Program-made: the position numbers and the translations under genes
The notes under the pieces: model-generated
Databases searched by the model: none
What the model saw: the letters and a program-made list of their open reading frames with translations, nothing else
What the model was told of the DNA's origin: nothing
In this document: piece after piece, positions 1 through 9,415 of the stretch
Layout of the letters: the number at the start of each line of letters is the position of its first letter
Numbering within the stretch: the first letter of the stretch is position 1
Source: an uncultured Bacillota bacterium
GTDB taxonomy: Bacteria > Bacillota > Clostridia > Christensenellales > UBA1242
Assembly: GCA_949296805.1 (NCBI GenBank)
Contig: CASFPO010000049.1
Span: 1 to 57,097, forward strand
Length of the DNA: 57,097 bases
Reading direction: 5' to 3'

Positions 1-158
1 ACTTCTCTGTTTGATTTGCACTGTACACTTTTGTGCTTGGCTCAATAACTTTAAAGTAAATTGACTTTGTTTGTACTTAATATTTAATTGTCATTGTTCC
101 CTAACTCTTTCCTTGAGTTAGCGTTATTATATTAACATATTCCTCTATCCATTGTCAA
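1..158 (-). promoter_or_regulatory. Promoter and probable leader of a stable-RNA (rRNA) operon running off the window
   Basis: On the minus strand, TTGACA is followed by a TG-n-TAATAT -10 and then a non-coding leader containing GAACAATGACAATTAAATA, which resembles Firmicute rrn leader/boxA sequence. No rRNA sequence is inside the window. Confidence 0.35.
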
Positions 159-420
159 CACTTTTTTCTAAATTTTTACCTTTTTTATTATCTTTTTTCC
201 ACTTTCTGCGATACACTAGCGCCCGTTGTGGATTAATGTGAGGAGATATTACTATTTTTTAAAATGATACGCTGTAAAAACTTATTTAATTAATATAGTT
301 TTTGAAAAACTTGGGTTGTCTTTTTCATCTATATATTATAAAAAAACTATGTCAGTAATTACACTTAAGACATAAGTTTGGCACAGCTTTTCCATAGATT
401 TTATGATTTTATATAAAAAC

Positions 421-446
421 AAAAAAAGAGGCAACGCCTCTTTTTA
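421..446. terminator. Intrinsic terminator (bidirectional-type)
   Basis: AAAAAAAGAGGC-AAC-GCCTCTTTTT hairpin directly after the stop of the small ORF. Confidence 0.7.
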
Positions 447-449
447 TTC

Positions 450-599
450 TTAACATTCAATTTCCTGTTCGGTGGTTTTTTGACGACCTATTTCCCCAAT
501 ATATGTTTTGGTAGGCGACTTTTTTATTGCCTCTTGTATGGCAGATTTATTAGCAACAATAGTGTTTGTTATGTTTATAGTACATGTTATTTTTGGCAT
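450..599 (-). CDS. Small hypothetical protein (~49 aa, MPKITCTINIT...)
   Basis: GGAGGT Shine-Dalgarno before the ATG at 599, terminator after the stop. The longer ORF-track start overlaps argS. Confidence 0.5.
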   Translation of the reverse strand: MPKITCTINITNTIVANKSAIQEAIKKSPTKTYIGEIGRQKTTEQEIEC

Positions 600-672
600 A
601 TATTTTACCTCCGCTAATCTGTCTTTATAATAGCATATTTTTTTGTTTTTGTAAATAGGTTTTTGAAAATTT

Positions 673-2433
673 TCACATTTTTTCTGGAATATCAATTGCA
701 AGTATATCTAGTGCTTGACATAATTTTTTCTTCACAAGCATTAATAGGGCTATATAGCTTTGTTTCTTTTTCTCATCCTTTTCATTAATTACATTTACAT
801 TATTGTAAAAGGTTGAAAAAGCACTTGCTAGGTTGTACGAGGCAAGACACAATGGAGAAAGGGTTTTGTTTGTATAGCATATTTCATAAGATGAGTTTAA
901 CTTTAAAATGTTTTTGATTATGTCTTTAGTCTCTTCATTATAAATTGCAAAATCTTTTGCCTCTGTTACGCCTGTTTTGTTCAATATAGAATTGATTCTG
1001 ACCGCTGTGTACTGTAGATATGGTCCTGTTTTACCTTCAAAAGACAAAAATTTATCTATATCAAATACATAGTCTTTATCAACATTGTTGATAAGGTCCC
1101 CAAATTTCATCGCGCCAACGCCTATAGCTAAAGCAAGGCTACGATTATATTTAACTCCGTTAGATTTTAGCTTCTCTCCTGCACGATTTACAAGAAGATC
1201 GATTATATCTTCAAGCTTTATTGTATCTCCCGAGCGAGTTTTAAATGGTTTCCCATCCTTGCCATTCATTGTACCATAGCCTATATGCAAAAGCTCTTGT
1301 TTCTCAGGCGATATGCCTGACATTTTGCAAACTCTAAAAACCTGTGTAAAATGATTCTTTTGCCTTAAGTCTACTATGTATTCTATCCTATCTAAGTCTT
1401 TAAACATTTGATTGCGCATAAGAATGGTTGCTATGTCAGTAGTTGCATACAACACTCCACCATTATATTTTTTTAGTATGGCTGGAGGCATTGGATTTTT
1501 ATATCTTTGCACTTCATCGTCGCTGGTTTTTGGAATTGGTATATTTTCGCCCTCTATTGCCACATCCACGACCAAAGCACCATCACTAAGCCTACTTAAC
1601 CCTTTATCTTCTATAATCTTAATTGCCTCATCTATATAATCTTGAGCATCACTTTCTCCGAACCACAAATCAAATTCCGCACCTAGTTCGCTATAATGTT
1701 TTTTAATCTCTTTAACTGATACTTCTCTTATTTTTTTATAAATAGTATAATAAGGCTCTTCTTTCTTTTGAATTTTTAGTGTCCACTCATCGGCCTCTTC
1801 TTTAAACTTGGCATCTGTATTTTTTCTTGCACTTGCTTTTGGATAAGCTTCATTAAGCATAGCTAAGGTTATTTCTTTTTCTTCTCCTTGATTAAAATAA
1901 TAATCAAGGTTTCCATCTAGAAAAAGTTGAAGCTCAGTAAGCCCCATCTGCAAACCCCAGTCTCCTAAATGCACATCTGCAATAACCTCGTCTCCTAAAA
2001 ATCTATAAAGTCTTTTCAAGCTCTCTCCAATTATAGGCGAGCGTAAATGCCCTACATGTAAGGCCTTTGCAACATTTGCTCCGCCATAATCTAATAGAAC
2101 CTTTTTCTTATCCTTATGGCAAGGCACACCACCTCGCTTATCAAGTAAAAATTCTTGTCCTAGTTTTTTAAGTTTTTCATCTGTTAGCTTGATATTTATA
2201 AAAGCCGGTCTTGCCACTTCAAAAATATAGTTGTCATTTTTATCAATATTTTTTACAATTTCTTCTGCCATCTCGAAAGGATTTTTTCCTAGTTTTTTCG
2301 CTAGCGCAAAACAATCATTGCATTGAAAATCACTCGCTTTTGGCAAATTAGAAAAAGTAGCGGATATATTTTCGTTATACCCCGCTTTTTTTGCACCATT
2401 GGTAAGCAAAAGATTGAGCTCATCAAAAATCAT
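673..2433 (-). CDS. argS: Arginyl-tRNA synthetase
   Basis: HIGH-like motif LHVGHLR, GDWG, KPFKTRSG, C-terminal anticodon-binding domain ending PEKM. Confidence 0.97.
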   Translation of the reverse strand: MIFDELNLLLTNGAKKAGYNENISATFSNLPKASDFQCNDCFALAKKLGKNPFEMAEEIVKNIDKNDNYIFEVARPAFINIKLTDEKLKKLGQEFLLDKRGGVPCHKDKKKVLLDYGGANVAKALHVGHLRSPIIGESLKRLYRFLGDEVIADVHLGDWGLQMGLTELQLFLDGNLDYYFNQGEEKEITLAMLNEAYPKASARKNTDAKFKEEADEWTLKIQKKEEPYYTIYKKIREVSVKEIKKHYSELGAEFDLWFGESDAQDYIDEAIKIIEDKGLSRLSDGALVVDVAIEGENIPIPKTSDDEVQRYKNPMPPAILKKYNGGVLYATTDIATILMRNQMFKDLDRIEYIVDLRQKNHFTQVFRVCKMSGISPEKQELLHIGYGTMNGKDGKPFKTRSGDTIKLEDIIDLLVNRAGEKLKSNGVKYNRSLALAIGVGAMKFGDLINNVDKDYVFDIDKFLSFEGKTGPYLQYTAVRINSILNKTGVTEAKDFAIYNEETKDIIKNILKLNSSYEICYTNKTLSPLCLASYNLASAFSTFYNNVNVINEKDEKKKQSYIALLMLVKKKLCQALDILAIDIPEKM

Positions 2434-2448
2434 ATTATCTCCAAATTA

Positions 2449-3036
2449 TTATAGTTGCTTGCGATCTTCAAGCGCTTTAGATAATGTCACTTCATCAGCA
2501 TATTCAAGATCACTGCCCATAGATACCCCCTGAGCTAGCCTTGACACTTTAACACCAAGTGGTTTGAGAAGCTTTGCTATATACATAGCTGTAGCATCCC
2601 CCTCTACATCTGGATTGGTTGCCATTATCACTTCCTCAACATTATCTTCTTGCACCCGAGAAAGAAGCTCTTTTATCTTTATATCATTCGGTCCTCTTCT
2701 TTCTAGTGGACTAATTGTGCCAAAAAGCACATGGTAGACTCCATCATATGTTTTTACTTTTTCCATCGATAAAATATCTTTAGGCTCGGCTACCACACAT
2801 ATCACTTTATGATTTCTTTTTTCACAGATTGTGCACACATCTTGATCTGTAAAATTGCCACACACTTTGCAAAAACCTATCTTTTCTTTTGCCTCAAGTA
2901 TGGCATTTGCAAAATTTGTAGCTCTCTCCTTTTTGCCCTCGATGATTGAAAAAGCATAACGCTGAGCTGTTTTATACCCCACGCCCGGAAGCGACCTAAA
3001 CTGTTCAATAAGTTTTTCTATCAGATCTTCTTGCAT
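2449..3036 (-). CDS. recR: Recombination protein RecR
   Basis: [11 protein letters not shown] HhH motif, C4 zinc finger, TOPRIM motif [12 protein letters not shown]; dnaX-ybaB-recR synteny. Confidence 0.97.
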   Translation of the reverse strand: MQEDLIEKLIEQFRSLPGVGYKTAQRYAFSIIEGKKERATNFANAILEAKEKIGFCKVCGNFTDQDVCTICEKRNHKVICVVAEPKDILSMEKVKTYDGVYHVLFGTISPLERRGPNDIKIKELLSRVQEDNVEEVIMATNPDVEGDATAMYIAKLLKPLGVKVSRLAQGVSMGSDLEYADEVTLSKALEDRKQL

Positions 3037-3055
3037 TAAATTTACCGCCTCTGTT

Positions 3056-3379
3056 TTACATCATCCCTGGAATATTAGGCATATTTTCTTTTTCTTTTCT
3101 ATTAATTTGCCCTAAGGCGTCATTAACAGCTGAAACGATTAGATCTTCAAGCATTTCAACATCTTCCGGATCAACTACTTGTGGATTAATAGTTATTGAC
3201 TTTAGGGTACGATTCCCCATCATCTTCACTTCAACCATTCCTCCACCTACAGAGGAACTAAATTCGCTTTCTTCAAGTTCTTGCTTTGCTTTCGACATAT
3301 CCTCTTGCATTTTTTGCGCTTGTCGCATCAAATTATTTAAATTTGCACCACCAAATCCACCAAAATTATTATATCCCAT
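3056..3379 (-). CDS. ybaB: YbaB/EbfC nucleoid-associated protein
   Basis: [30 protein letters not shown]. Start moved to the ATG at 3379 behind a GGAGG RBS. Confidence 0.93.
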   Translation of the reverse strand: MGYNNFGGFGGANLNNLMRQAQKMQEDMSKAKQELEESEFSSSVGGGMVEVKMMGNRTLKSITINPQVVDPEDVEMLEDLIVSAVNDALGQINRKEKENMPNIPGMM

Positions 3380-3380
3380 T

Positions 3381-4831
3381 TTATTTTCCTCCTTTAATAA
3401 CGAGATTTTCTCCAAATAAATCTTTTAGTTTTTCTATATCTTTCTCTTGTGTGGAAAGTTCCTCTTTTTTTACATTTATATCAATTTCATGGTCTAAACC
3501 CTGCCATTTTAAAGCATTTTCAAGTTCACGCTTGCCTTCGCTAAGCAAGTTATATATCATTCCATCTGATATATTTATAATTAACTTATTTTCTTTTAAT
3601 TCTACATCTGTTATATCTCCGCACGCTACTTGAAGTGCTATCTGTCTTCTCTCTTTTAGGTATAATACAAGTTTTCCCCAAATATTTTTAGCACTAAGCG
3701 TGCCTGTATACGCTTGCGATTTCAGTTTTTTTTTACATCTTCACTAGGCAGGTCTTCTAGCAAGCCAAGCGCAAGTGTTTCGAGTAGCAATCTTGGTGAC
3801 AAGGTATATCGCAGTTCATTTTCTGCTCCACCAAAAGTCTGCATATATCTTATTAAAGTTTTTTCATCAAAGTTTTTTGCCTGCTCTGACAATTTTTGAA
3901 AAGCCTCCTCTGGCAAATTTAAAATTTCGTTAGGCTTTGCGCAAGACTTAATAACCAGCAAATTTCTCGCCTGTTTTGAAAGTTCTTTTACAAACATAGA
4001 AAGATTTTTTGAGTTGTCAATCTCATTTACAAACTCAAGCAAAGCACCAATGTTTTTATCCCTTAGTATATCAAAAAAATTAATAAGCAAATCATAGTCA
4101 GTTGTACCCAGAATACTTTGAACACTTTCACAAGTTATCTTATTTTCGTTATAAGCAACTACACTATCTGCAATTGACAGTGTGTCCCTCACGCTTCCTT
4201 CTCCAGCCGAAGCTATTAATCTTAAAGCATCGTTATCATATGGTATATTTTCTCTATCAAAAATATTTTGAAGAAGGCTTGTTAGCTTCTCGGTAGAAAC
4301 CAAACGGAAATCAAAACGGATACATCTTGACAATATAGTTGCAGGCAACTTATGTGCCTCTGTTGTAGCAAGAACAAATATCACATATGCAGGAGGCTCT
4401 TCCAAAGTTTTTAACAGTGCATTAAAGGCACTATCTGTCAGCATATGAACTTCGTCAATAATATAAACTTTATATTTTGCACCCACTGGGGTAAATTTTA
4501 CTTTTTCTCGAATTTCACGAATGTCATCAACTCGATTATTAGATGCGGCGTCGATTTCAATGATATTTATATCATTCTCACTTTCAAGACGTTTGCACGT
4601 TGGGCATTGTCCACAAGGCGAACCTTGTTTGTTGTTTTCGCAATTGACAGCCCTTGCCAAAATACGTGCAACTGAGGTTTTGCCAATTCCTCGTGCCCCT
4701 GTAAAAAGATAAGCATGACCAATCTTTCCGCTTGCTATTTGATTTGCAAGTGCCTTTGTGATATGTTCTTGCCCTATGACCTCTTGAAAGCTTCTTGGTC
4801 GGTACTTTCTATATAGTGCTAAATGCTCCAT
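3381..4831 (-). CDS. dnaX: DNA polymerase III gamma/tau: 369-aa gamma form in frame 0 (3722-4831); ~483-aa tau form through a frameshift at the A9 run (3726-3734)
   Basis: ALYRKYRP, Walker A GARGIGKT, zinc finger, DEVH and SRC motifs. After GTA AAA AAA AAC TGA the -1 frame stays open for 114 codons (LKSQAYTG...DLFGENLVIKGGK*) up to the ybaB start. Confidence 0.9.
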
Positions 4832-4914
4832 AACTCTCCTTAAGTATCTTTATTATACATTTTTATTTTTTGTTTGTAAATAAAAAATCGGCGAATGCCG
4901 AATTTTATTGTAAA

Positions 4915-5241
4915 TTATAGCCTTACACCATTATCAGCAATTAAGTTGTCCTTTTCATAAACAAGCATTTGCAATTTTGAGCCAAAAGAATTGCTTTTGC
5001 ACTTTAAGTTATATTCAATATTATCTATATTAAAGAAATAGCTTTCTCCTTGAATAAGATTAGGCATATAAAAACTTTTATTTAGTTTTTTATCTACATA
5101 AACTTTTATATATGCTCCAGCATTTTTAATCAATACTTCTCTCTTTCCAACTTTAAATTTAAAAGTTTTTCGCATAATAAAATATGTCGTAATCACAAAG
5201 CACGCAAACAATAAAAGTATAACAATAAATGCAATTAACAT
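4915..5241 (-). CDS. Hypothetical membrane-anchored protein
   Basis: N-terminal hydrophobic helix, AAGGAG RBS, directly downstream of the nitroreductase. Confidence 0.7.
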   Translation of the reverse strand: MLIAFIVILLLFACFVITTYFIMRKTFKFKVGKREVLIKNAGAYIKVYVDKKLNKSFYMPNLIQGESYFFNIDNIEYNLKCKSNSFGSKLQMLVYEKDNLIADNGVRL

Positions 5242-5252
5242 AAGTTTCTCCT

Positions 5253-5933
5253 TTAATCTACATAATGAAAATTATCTGCTCCAGCCCCTAATTCAAAGTG
5301 AAGTTTTACAATGCCATAGTCTATTTTGGAATATTCTCCTCCAAGATTTTTAATTCTCACTCCACTTTCGCCAACTCTTTCGATATAAAACTGTTGCTGA
5401 TTGCGAGCGGTAGGCGCTTTACTTGCTATTTCCACACCTTTTTTAAACCATTCAGGGCTATCGGCAGTTATACTTGAGAGTTCGATTAAACTTTTACTAT
5501 TATGAGCAAAACCTTGCGTTTTGCCATAACCTATTGAGATAATTGCAACCAATTTTTCTCCCTTTAAAATTTTGCACCTATCTAAAACACTCCTTTTATT
5601 AAAAGTAAGCGCTATCCAGCAACTGTTTAAACCTAAAGTTTGTGCTTTTAATAGACATTTTTGTCCATAATATCCAGTAAGCTCTTCAAGTTTTGGGTTT
5701 GACGTCTTTCCTATCAAGGCAATATAGCTATGCACACCTTCAAAAGTGCCATAATGAACCTCTAGCCCACAAAAAGCTTCTCGGTCATTTGATATAAGTT
5801 GAAATTTTAGTCCACTTTCATAATTTTGTGCATCAATATACTCTTGAAGAAGTTTAAGTTTGTCTTCCTCTATATCTTTATCAAGATAGTTTCTTACAGT
5901 ATGACGCTTGTCAATTGCCTCTAAAAAATCCAT
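5253..5933 (-). CDS. Nitroreductase family protein
   Basis: AIDKRHTVRNY, GLNSCWI, APTARNQQ motifs. Confidence 0.85.
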   Translation of the reverse strand: MDFLEAIDKRHTVRNYLDKDIEEDKLKLLQEYIDAQNYESGLKFQLISNDREAFCGLEVHYGTFEGVHSYIALIGKTSNPKLEELTGYYGQKCLLKAQTLGLNSCWIALTFNKRSVLDRCKILKGEKLVAIISIGYGKTQGFAHNSKSLIELSSITADSPEWFKKGVEIASKAPTARNQQQFYIERVGESGVRIKNLGGEYSKIDYGIVKLHFELGAGADNFHYVD

Positions 5934-5951
5934 TTCCCCTCCCTTTTATAT

Positions 5952-6347
5952 TTATTGTGGAAACTGTACAACAGGTGCAGTAACCATTGGACCAATTTGA
6001 GACTGCACTGTCAGCTCACTTAAAACACATGAGATATGACTTGCAAGAACTCTTGACACTGGGCCATTTTTAAAAAATTCCACAGGGTCTTCAATGTTTT
6101 CATACTCAGTAGTGTTGATAATAATCTCCACTCCAATAGTAACCTCTATTGAAAAAATACAATCAGGCTCAGGTTTTACAAATCTAGTTAAAAACACTTT
6201 TACAGCATCAGAACGAAGCCTTTCCACCTTCATCTCATCCCAAACTCGCATATTGATAGTGCTACTTGGTTGAGGTTCTCCTAATCTTTGATAATCTACC
6301 TTTTCTAAAATTGGTTTAAAATTCATATTTCTAATTGCGTTTGCCAT
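5952..6347 (-). CDS. Hypothetical protein, possibly SecB-like
   Basis: 131 aa with an RBS. C-terminal ISCVLSELTVQSQIGPMVTAPV resembles the SecB-like signature helix followed by a G-P segment. Confidence 0.45.
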   Translation of the reverse strand: MANAIRNMNFKPILEKVDYQRLGEPQPSSTINMRVWDEMKVERLRSDAVKVFLTRFVKPEPDCIFSIEVTIGVEIIINTTEYENIEDPVEFFKNGPVSRVLASHISCVLSELTVQSQIGPMVTAPVVQFPQ

Positions 6348-6471
6348 AATATTCTCCTTTATGCACTAAATGAATTAGTATTATTTTATCACATATTTAA
6401 AAATTAATCAATCGTTTTTTTATTTATCTTAATAAATAGACATCTCGCAAGGAGATGTCCCTTTATAAGCC

Positions 6472-7260
6472 TTATTTATTTTTATACTTTTTCTTTAATT
6501 TTTGTTGACCTATCCAAGTTGCCATAACCAGCTTTTTAGGAAGAAGATTTACAAGGCGAACCTGACTTCTTGCTATAAACCCACAGATAGAAAGCTCCTT
6601 GCCTTTTCTACTATCTTTGATAGCTTTTTTAACTACCCTCTCAGGTTCATACATCGCCGCATAAAAAGTAACCACCTCATGTTTGGCTTTAGTATCCTTA
6701 GCCCTATTAAAGAAAGCTGTTTTTGTCCAAAATGGACAAACACAGGTTACCTTAATCTTTCTTGATTTAAGCTCTTGATTTAAAGCTCTTGAATAGCTTA
6801 CAACAAATGCTTTGCTAGCTCCATAAACTGCCATATATGGAATAGGTTGAAATCCTGCAACCGAGGCAATCTCTACTATCCTTCCGCCTTCGCTCATATA
6901 CGGCAAAACATACTCAGTCATTTGAAGAAGAGCCTTGCAGTTAAGATCAACCATATTTGCTGAGTCCTTAACGTCAATCTCATCATATCTGCCAAACTTT
7001 CCAAAACCAGAACAGTTTACAAGAAACTTTACATTAGGTTTTTCTTCTTCAAGTTTATTTCTGATTACATCAAAGCTTTCCTCTTTTGTAAGGTCAAGGT
7101 CAAAGCCTATAAAAGGCGTTTTTGTCTCTTCTTTTACCTTGTTAAGAGCCTCTTGCCCAAGACCTATTCCCCAAAACTCATCAAATTGACCATCAAGTTG
7201 TCTAACAAACTCTCTTCCCATTCCAGACGATGCCCCTGTAATTATTGCTATATTTTTCAT
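6472..7260 (-). CDS. Short-chain dehydrogenase/reductase
   Basis: TGASSGMG glycine-rich motif and YGASK catalytic motif. Confidence 0.93.
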   Translation of the reverse strand: MKNIAIITGASSGMGREFVRQLDGQFDEFWGIGLGQEALNKVKEETKTPFIGFDLDLTKEESFDVIRNKLEEEKPNVKFLVNCSGFGKFGRYDEIDVKDSANMVDLNCKALLQMTEYVLPYMSEGGRIVEIASVAGFQPIPYMAVYGASKAFVVSYSRALNQELKSRKIKVTCVCPFWTKTAFFNRAKDTKAKHEVVTFYAAMYEPERVVKKAIKDSRKGKELSICGFIARSQVRLVNLLPKKLVMATWIGQQKLKKKYKNK

Positions 7261-7288
7261 AAAATCTCCTTTTACCCATTAAATTGTG

Positions 7289-8425
7289 CTACTTTTTTAT
7301 TATTCCCTTTAAATAAGTATCAAGATACTCAAAGGCCTTATTTTTAAATTCTTTTGTCACTTTGTAAAATTGCCCAGCAATTGCACACGAAATTGCACAA
7401 AGCGTGTCGCTGTCTCCACCAATTGAAATGCTTGTCCTTAAACAGTCTTCAAAACTGTTTGAAATTAAAAAACAATAGATCGCTTGAGGCACTGTTCCTT
7501 GACAAGTTTCATTAAACTTGTAGTTCTTTCTTAAAGTTTCATAATCAAAGTCTAATTTGTAATAATTCTCTTCAATATACTTCTTGATCTCTTCTTTGCT
7601 TTTCTTCTTTTTTGCAAGAAAGATTGCAACCGCAGTAGCCTCTGCCCCTTTGATACCTTCTCGATGATTATGTGTTACTCTGGTCACTTCATTGCTAAGT
7701 TTTTTTACTTGATTTATATCTTGAGCAAACATCGCCACAGCACTTATCCTCATTGCCGAGCCATTTCCAAAACTTTCATATGGCGATTGACTTTCAGAAA
7801 ATAGCCAATTTTTAAAGTCAGTTCCATAGCCACAATTTTCATATTTTCTACCAACTTCATTTATGCAAATTTTTGTCTGCTGAAAAAGATTGCTATAATC
7901 TCCCTTGCAATCTCTGAATGCTTTGTACACTGCCAAAGAAAGCACTGTGTCGTCAGTAAATTTACATTCTTTTGTAAACAAAGGACACTCTTTTGTGCGA
8001 ATATTGTTATTTTCATATGTCGACCCTGCAATGTCGCCAACAATTGCACCAATCAGCGGGCTTTTATCCAATCTTTTTTTGCTGATTTTTTTATCTTTAA
8101 TCGCCTGCTTTTCTTCTATTTTCAACCTTTCAACTTCGGCAATCTCATCATCTTTTAAAAGCATATCTCCAATACGTGTAACCACAGAACCTGCAACAAT
8201 CATAAGTATAAAAGGCACTGCAACCATCCACGCAACAAAGGCATCTTCCGTTTTAGTCTCAAAGAAAAGCACAAAAAATGTTATAAACGAGGCAACAAAA
8301 CCTGCGAGTCCAATACCAAGCGTCAAACCACCAGCAATCAAATATATCTTTTTAATCTTTTTGGCTTGTTCTTCATTATGTTTTGCCCTTACCCTATCAT
8401 TAATCTTTTTAATATAACTCTCCAT
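7289..8425 (-). CDS. ADP-ribosylglycohydrolase (DraG/ARH family) with an N-terminal two-helix membrane domain
   Basis: GAIVGDIAG, FTDDT, SFGNGSAMR, THNH, GGDSDT motifs; two hydrophobic segments in the first ~90 aa. Confidence 0.88.
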   Translation of the reverse strand: MESYIKKINDRVRAKHNEEQAKKIKKIYLIAGGLTLGIGLAGFVASFITFFVLFFETKTEDAFVAWMVAVPFILMIVAGSVVTRIGDMLLKDDEIAEVERLKIEEKQAIKDKKISKKRLDKSPLIGAIVGDIAGSTYENNNIRTKECPLFTKECKFTDDTVLSLAVYKAFRDCKGDYSNLFQQTKICINEVGRKYENCGYGTDFKNWLFSESQSPYESFGNGSAMRISAVAMFAQDINQVKKLSNEVTRVTHNHREGIKGAEATAVAIFLAKKKKSKEEIKKYIEENYYKLDFDYETLRKNYKFNETCQGTVPQAIYCFLISNSFEDCLRTSISIGGDSDTLCAISCAIAGQFYKVTKEFKNKAFEYLDTYLKGIIKK

Positions 8426-8604
8426 AACTTATCCTTTATATTTTTAATATTATCATAATTGTTTAAAAAAAGTAAACAAATTTACAAATCTACTTTAAAA
8501 TGTTACAAAAAATGTCAATTTATCAACAAGTATAAAATAATTACTAAAACTTTAAAAAATTTTGCTTTTACAAAATAAAGAATTTAACCTTTTAATAAAA
8601 ATAC

Positions 8605-8633
8605 TTGCAAAAAGATAAAATATAATGTATAAT
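8605..8633 (+). promoter_or_regulatory. Sigma-A promoter of the tRNA-Leu transcript
   Basis: TTGCAA-17 bp-TATAAT. Confidence 0.75.
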
Positions 8634-8661
8634 AAAAAGGCAAACTAAATGCCTTTAATTT

Positions 8662-8819
8662 GCGGATATGGCGGTTTGGGTTCCCTTAAAATGTTATTTT
8701 AAGGGTAAAAGTGGCAGTTTGGAGTCCCTGCAAATTGCAAATTTGTGGGGTAAAGACGCGCTGGATTTAAAAATCCAGCGAAAAACAAATCAAATTGTTT
8801 CGTCGTCTGCCATTCCGCC
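8662..8819 (+). repeat. Interrupted tRNA-Leu 5' half followed by an interrupted antisense copy
   Basis: GCGGATATGGCGG / TGGCAG / AGACGCGCTGGATTTA match the tRNA in order, separated by hairpin inserts. AAATCCAGCG and CGTCTGCCATTCCGCC are reverse complements of the tRNA. Confidence 0.8.
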
Positions 8820-8847
8820 TAAGTGAAAAATTGATAGTAAATGGTAT

Positions 8848-8929
8848 GCGGATATGGCGGAATGGCAGACGCGCTGGATTTAGGTTCCAGTCCGAAAGGG
8901 TGCAGGTTCAACTCCTGTTATCCGCACCA
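8848..8929 (+). tRNA. tRNA-Leu(TAG)
   Basis: GCGGATA/TATCCGC acceptor stem, CTGGA-TTTAGGT-TCCAG anticodon arm, long variable arm, GGTTCAACTCC T arm, encoded CCA. Confidence 0.96.
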
Positions 8930-8931
8930 GA

Positions 8932-8967
8932 GAAAAGCAATCCGAATCGCTGGGTTGCTCTTTTTTG
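8932..8967 (+). terminator. Terminator after tRNA-Leu
   Basis: AGCAATCC...GGGTTGCT stem followed by a T run. Confidence 0.7.
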
Positions 8968-8968
8968 T

Positions 8969-9358
8969 ATAAGAAAACCACAAGCAGTGCTTGTGGTCCC
9001 AAAAGGTTTCTAGCTATGGACATCAAAAACCTCCTATGTTAAAGTATAGTTGAAGTTTTGCTGCTTTAACTAAAAACATAGGAGGTTTTTGTATATGAAC
9101 TTAGATATAAGTAGTTTAGCACATACAAAGTATAATTGCAAGTATCATATAGTATTTGCTCCAAAATATAGGAGACAATAATATATGGAAAGATTAAAAA
9201 GGATATAGGTGTAATGATTAGAAAATTATGCCAATATGAAGGAGCAAAGATAATAAAGGTCGAACAAGCGGCAGAACTTCGCCAAACATTTAAGATTATG
9301 CTGCAACAGGTCCTAAAAGGGCAGCGCCAACTACCAGTTAAGCTGGTAGTTATGATTT
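8969..9358 (+). mobile_element. tnpA: Internally deleted IS200/IS605-family remnant (tnpA pseudogene)
   Basis: From the ATG at 9095 it reads MNLDISSLAHTKYNCKYHIVFAPKYRRQ* and continues out of frame (YGKIKKDIG...LC), the Y1 transposase N-terminus. RBS-sequestering inverted repeat AAAAACCTCCTATGTT/AACATAGGAGGTTTTT; hairpins at both ends. Confidence 0.85.
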
Positions 9359-9415
9359 TGAAAAAATATGGCATTAAAGATTGCAAATATTAAAATAAAA
9401 GGTTATAATAAAAAT

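Noticed and set aside
3722-3724. TGA readthrough or genetic code 4 at the dnaX stop
   Set aside because: The long ORFs are intact under code 11 with Trp as TGG, and the dnaX continuation is in the -1 frame.
8662-8819. Second functional tRNA-Leu(TAA)
   Set aside because: The anticodon loop is 8 nt, and there is no T arm or 3' acceptor strand.
8795-9386. ORFs 8795-9013 (+) and 9066-9386 (-)
   Set aside because: They overlap tRNA-Leu and the IS200 remnant and are better explained by those features.
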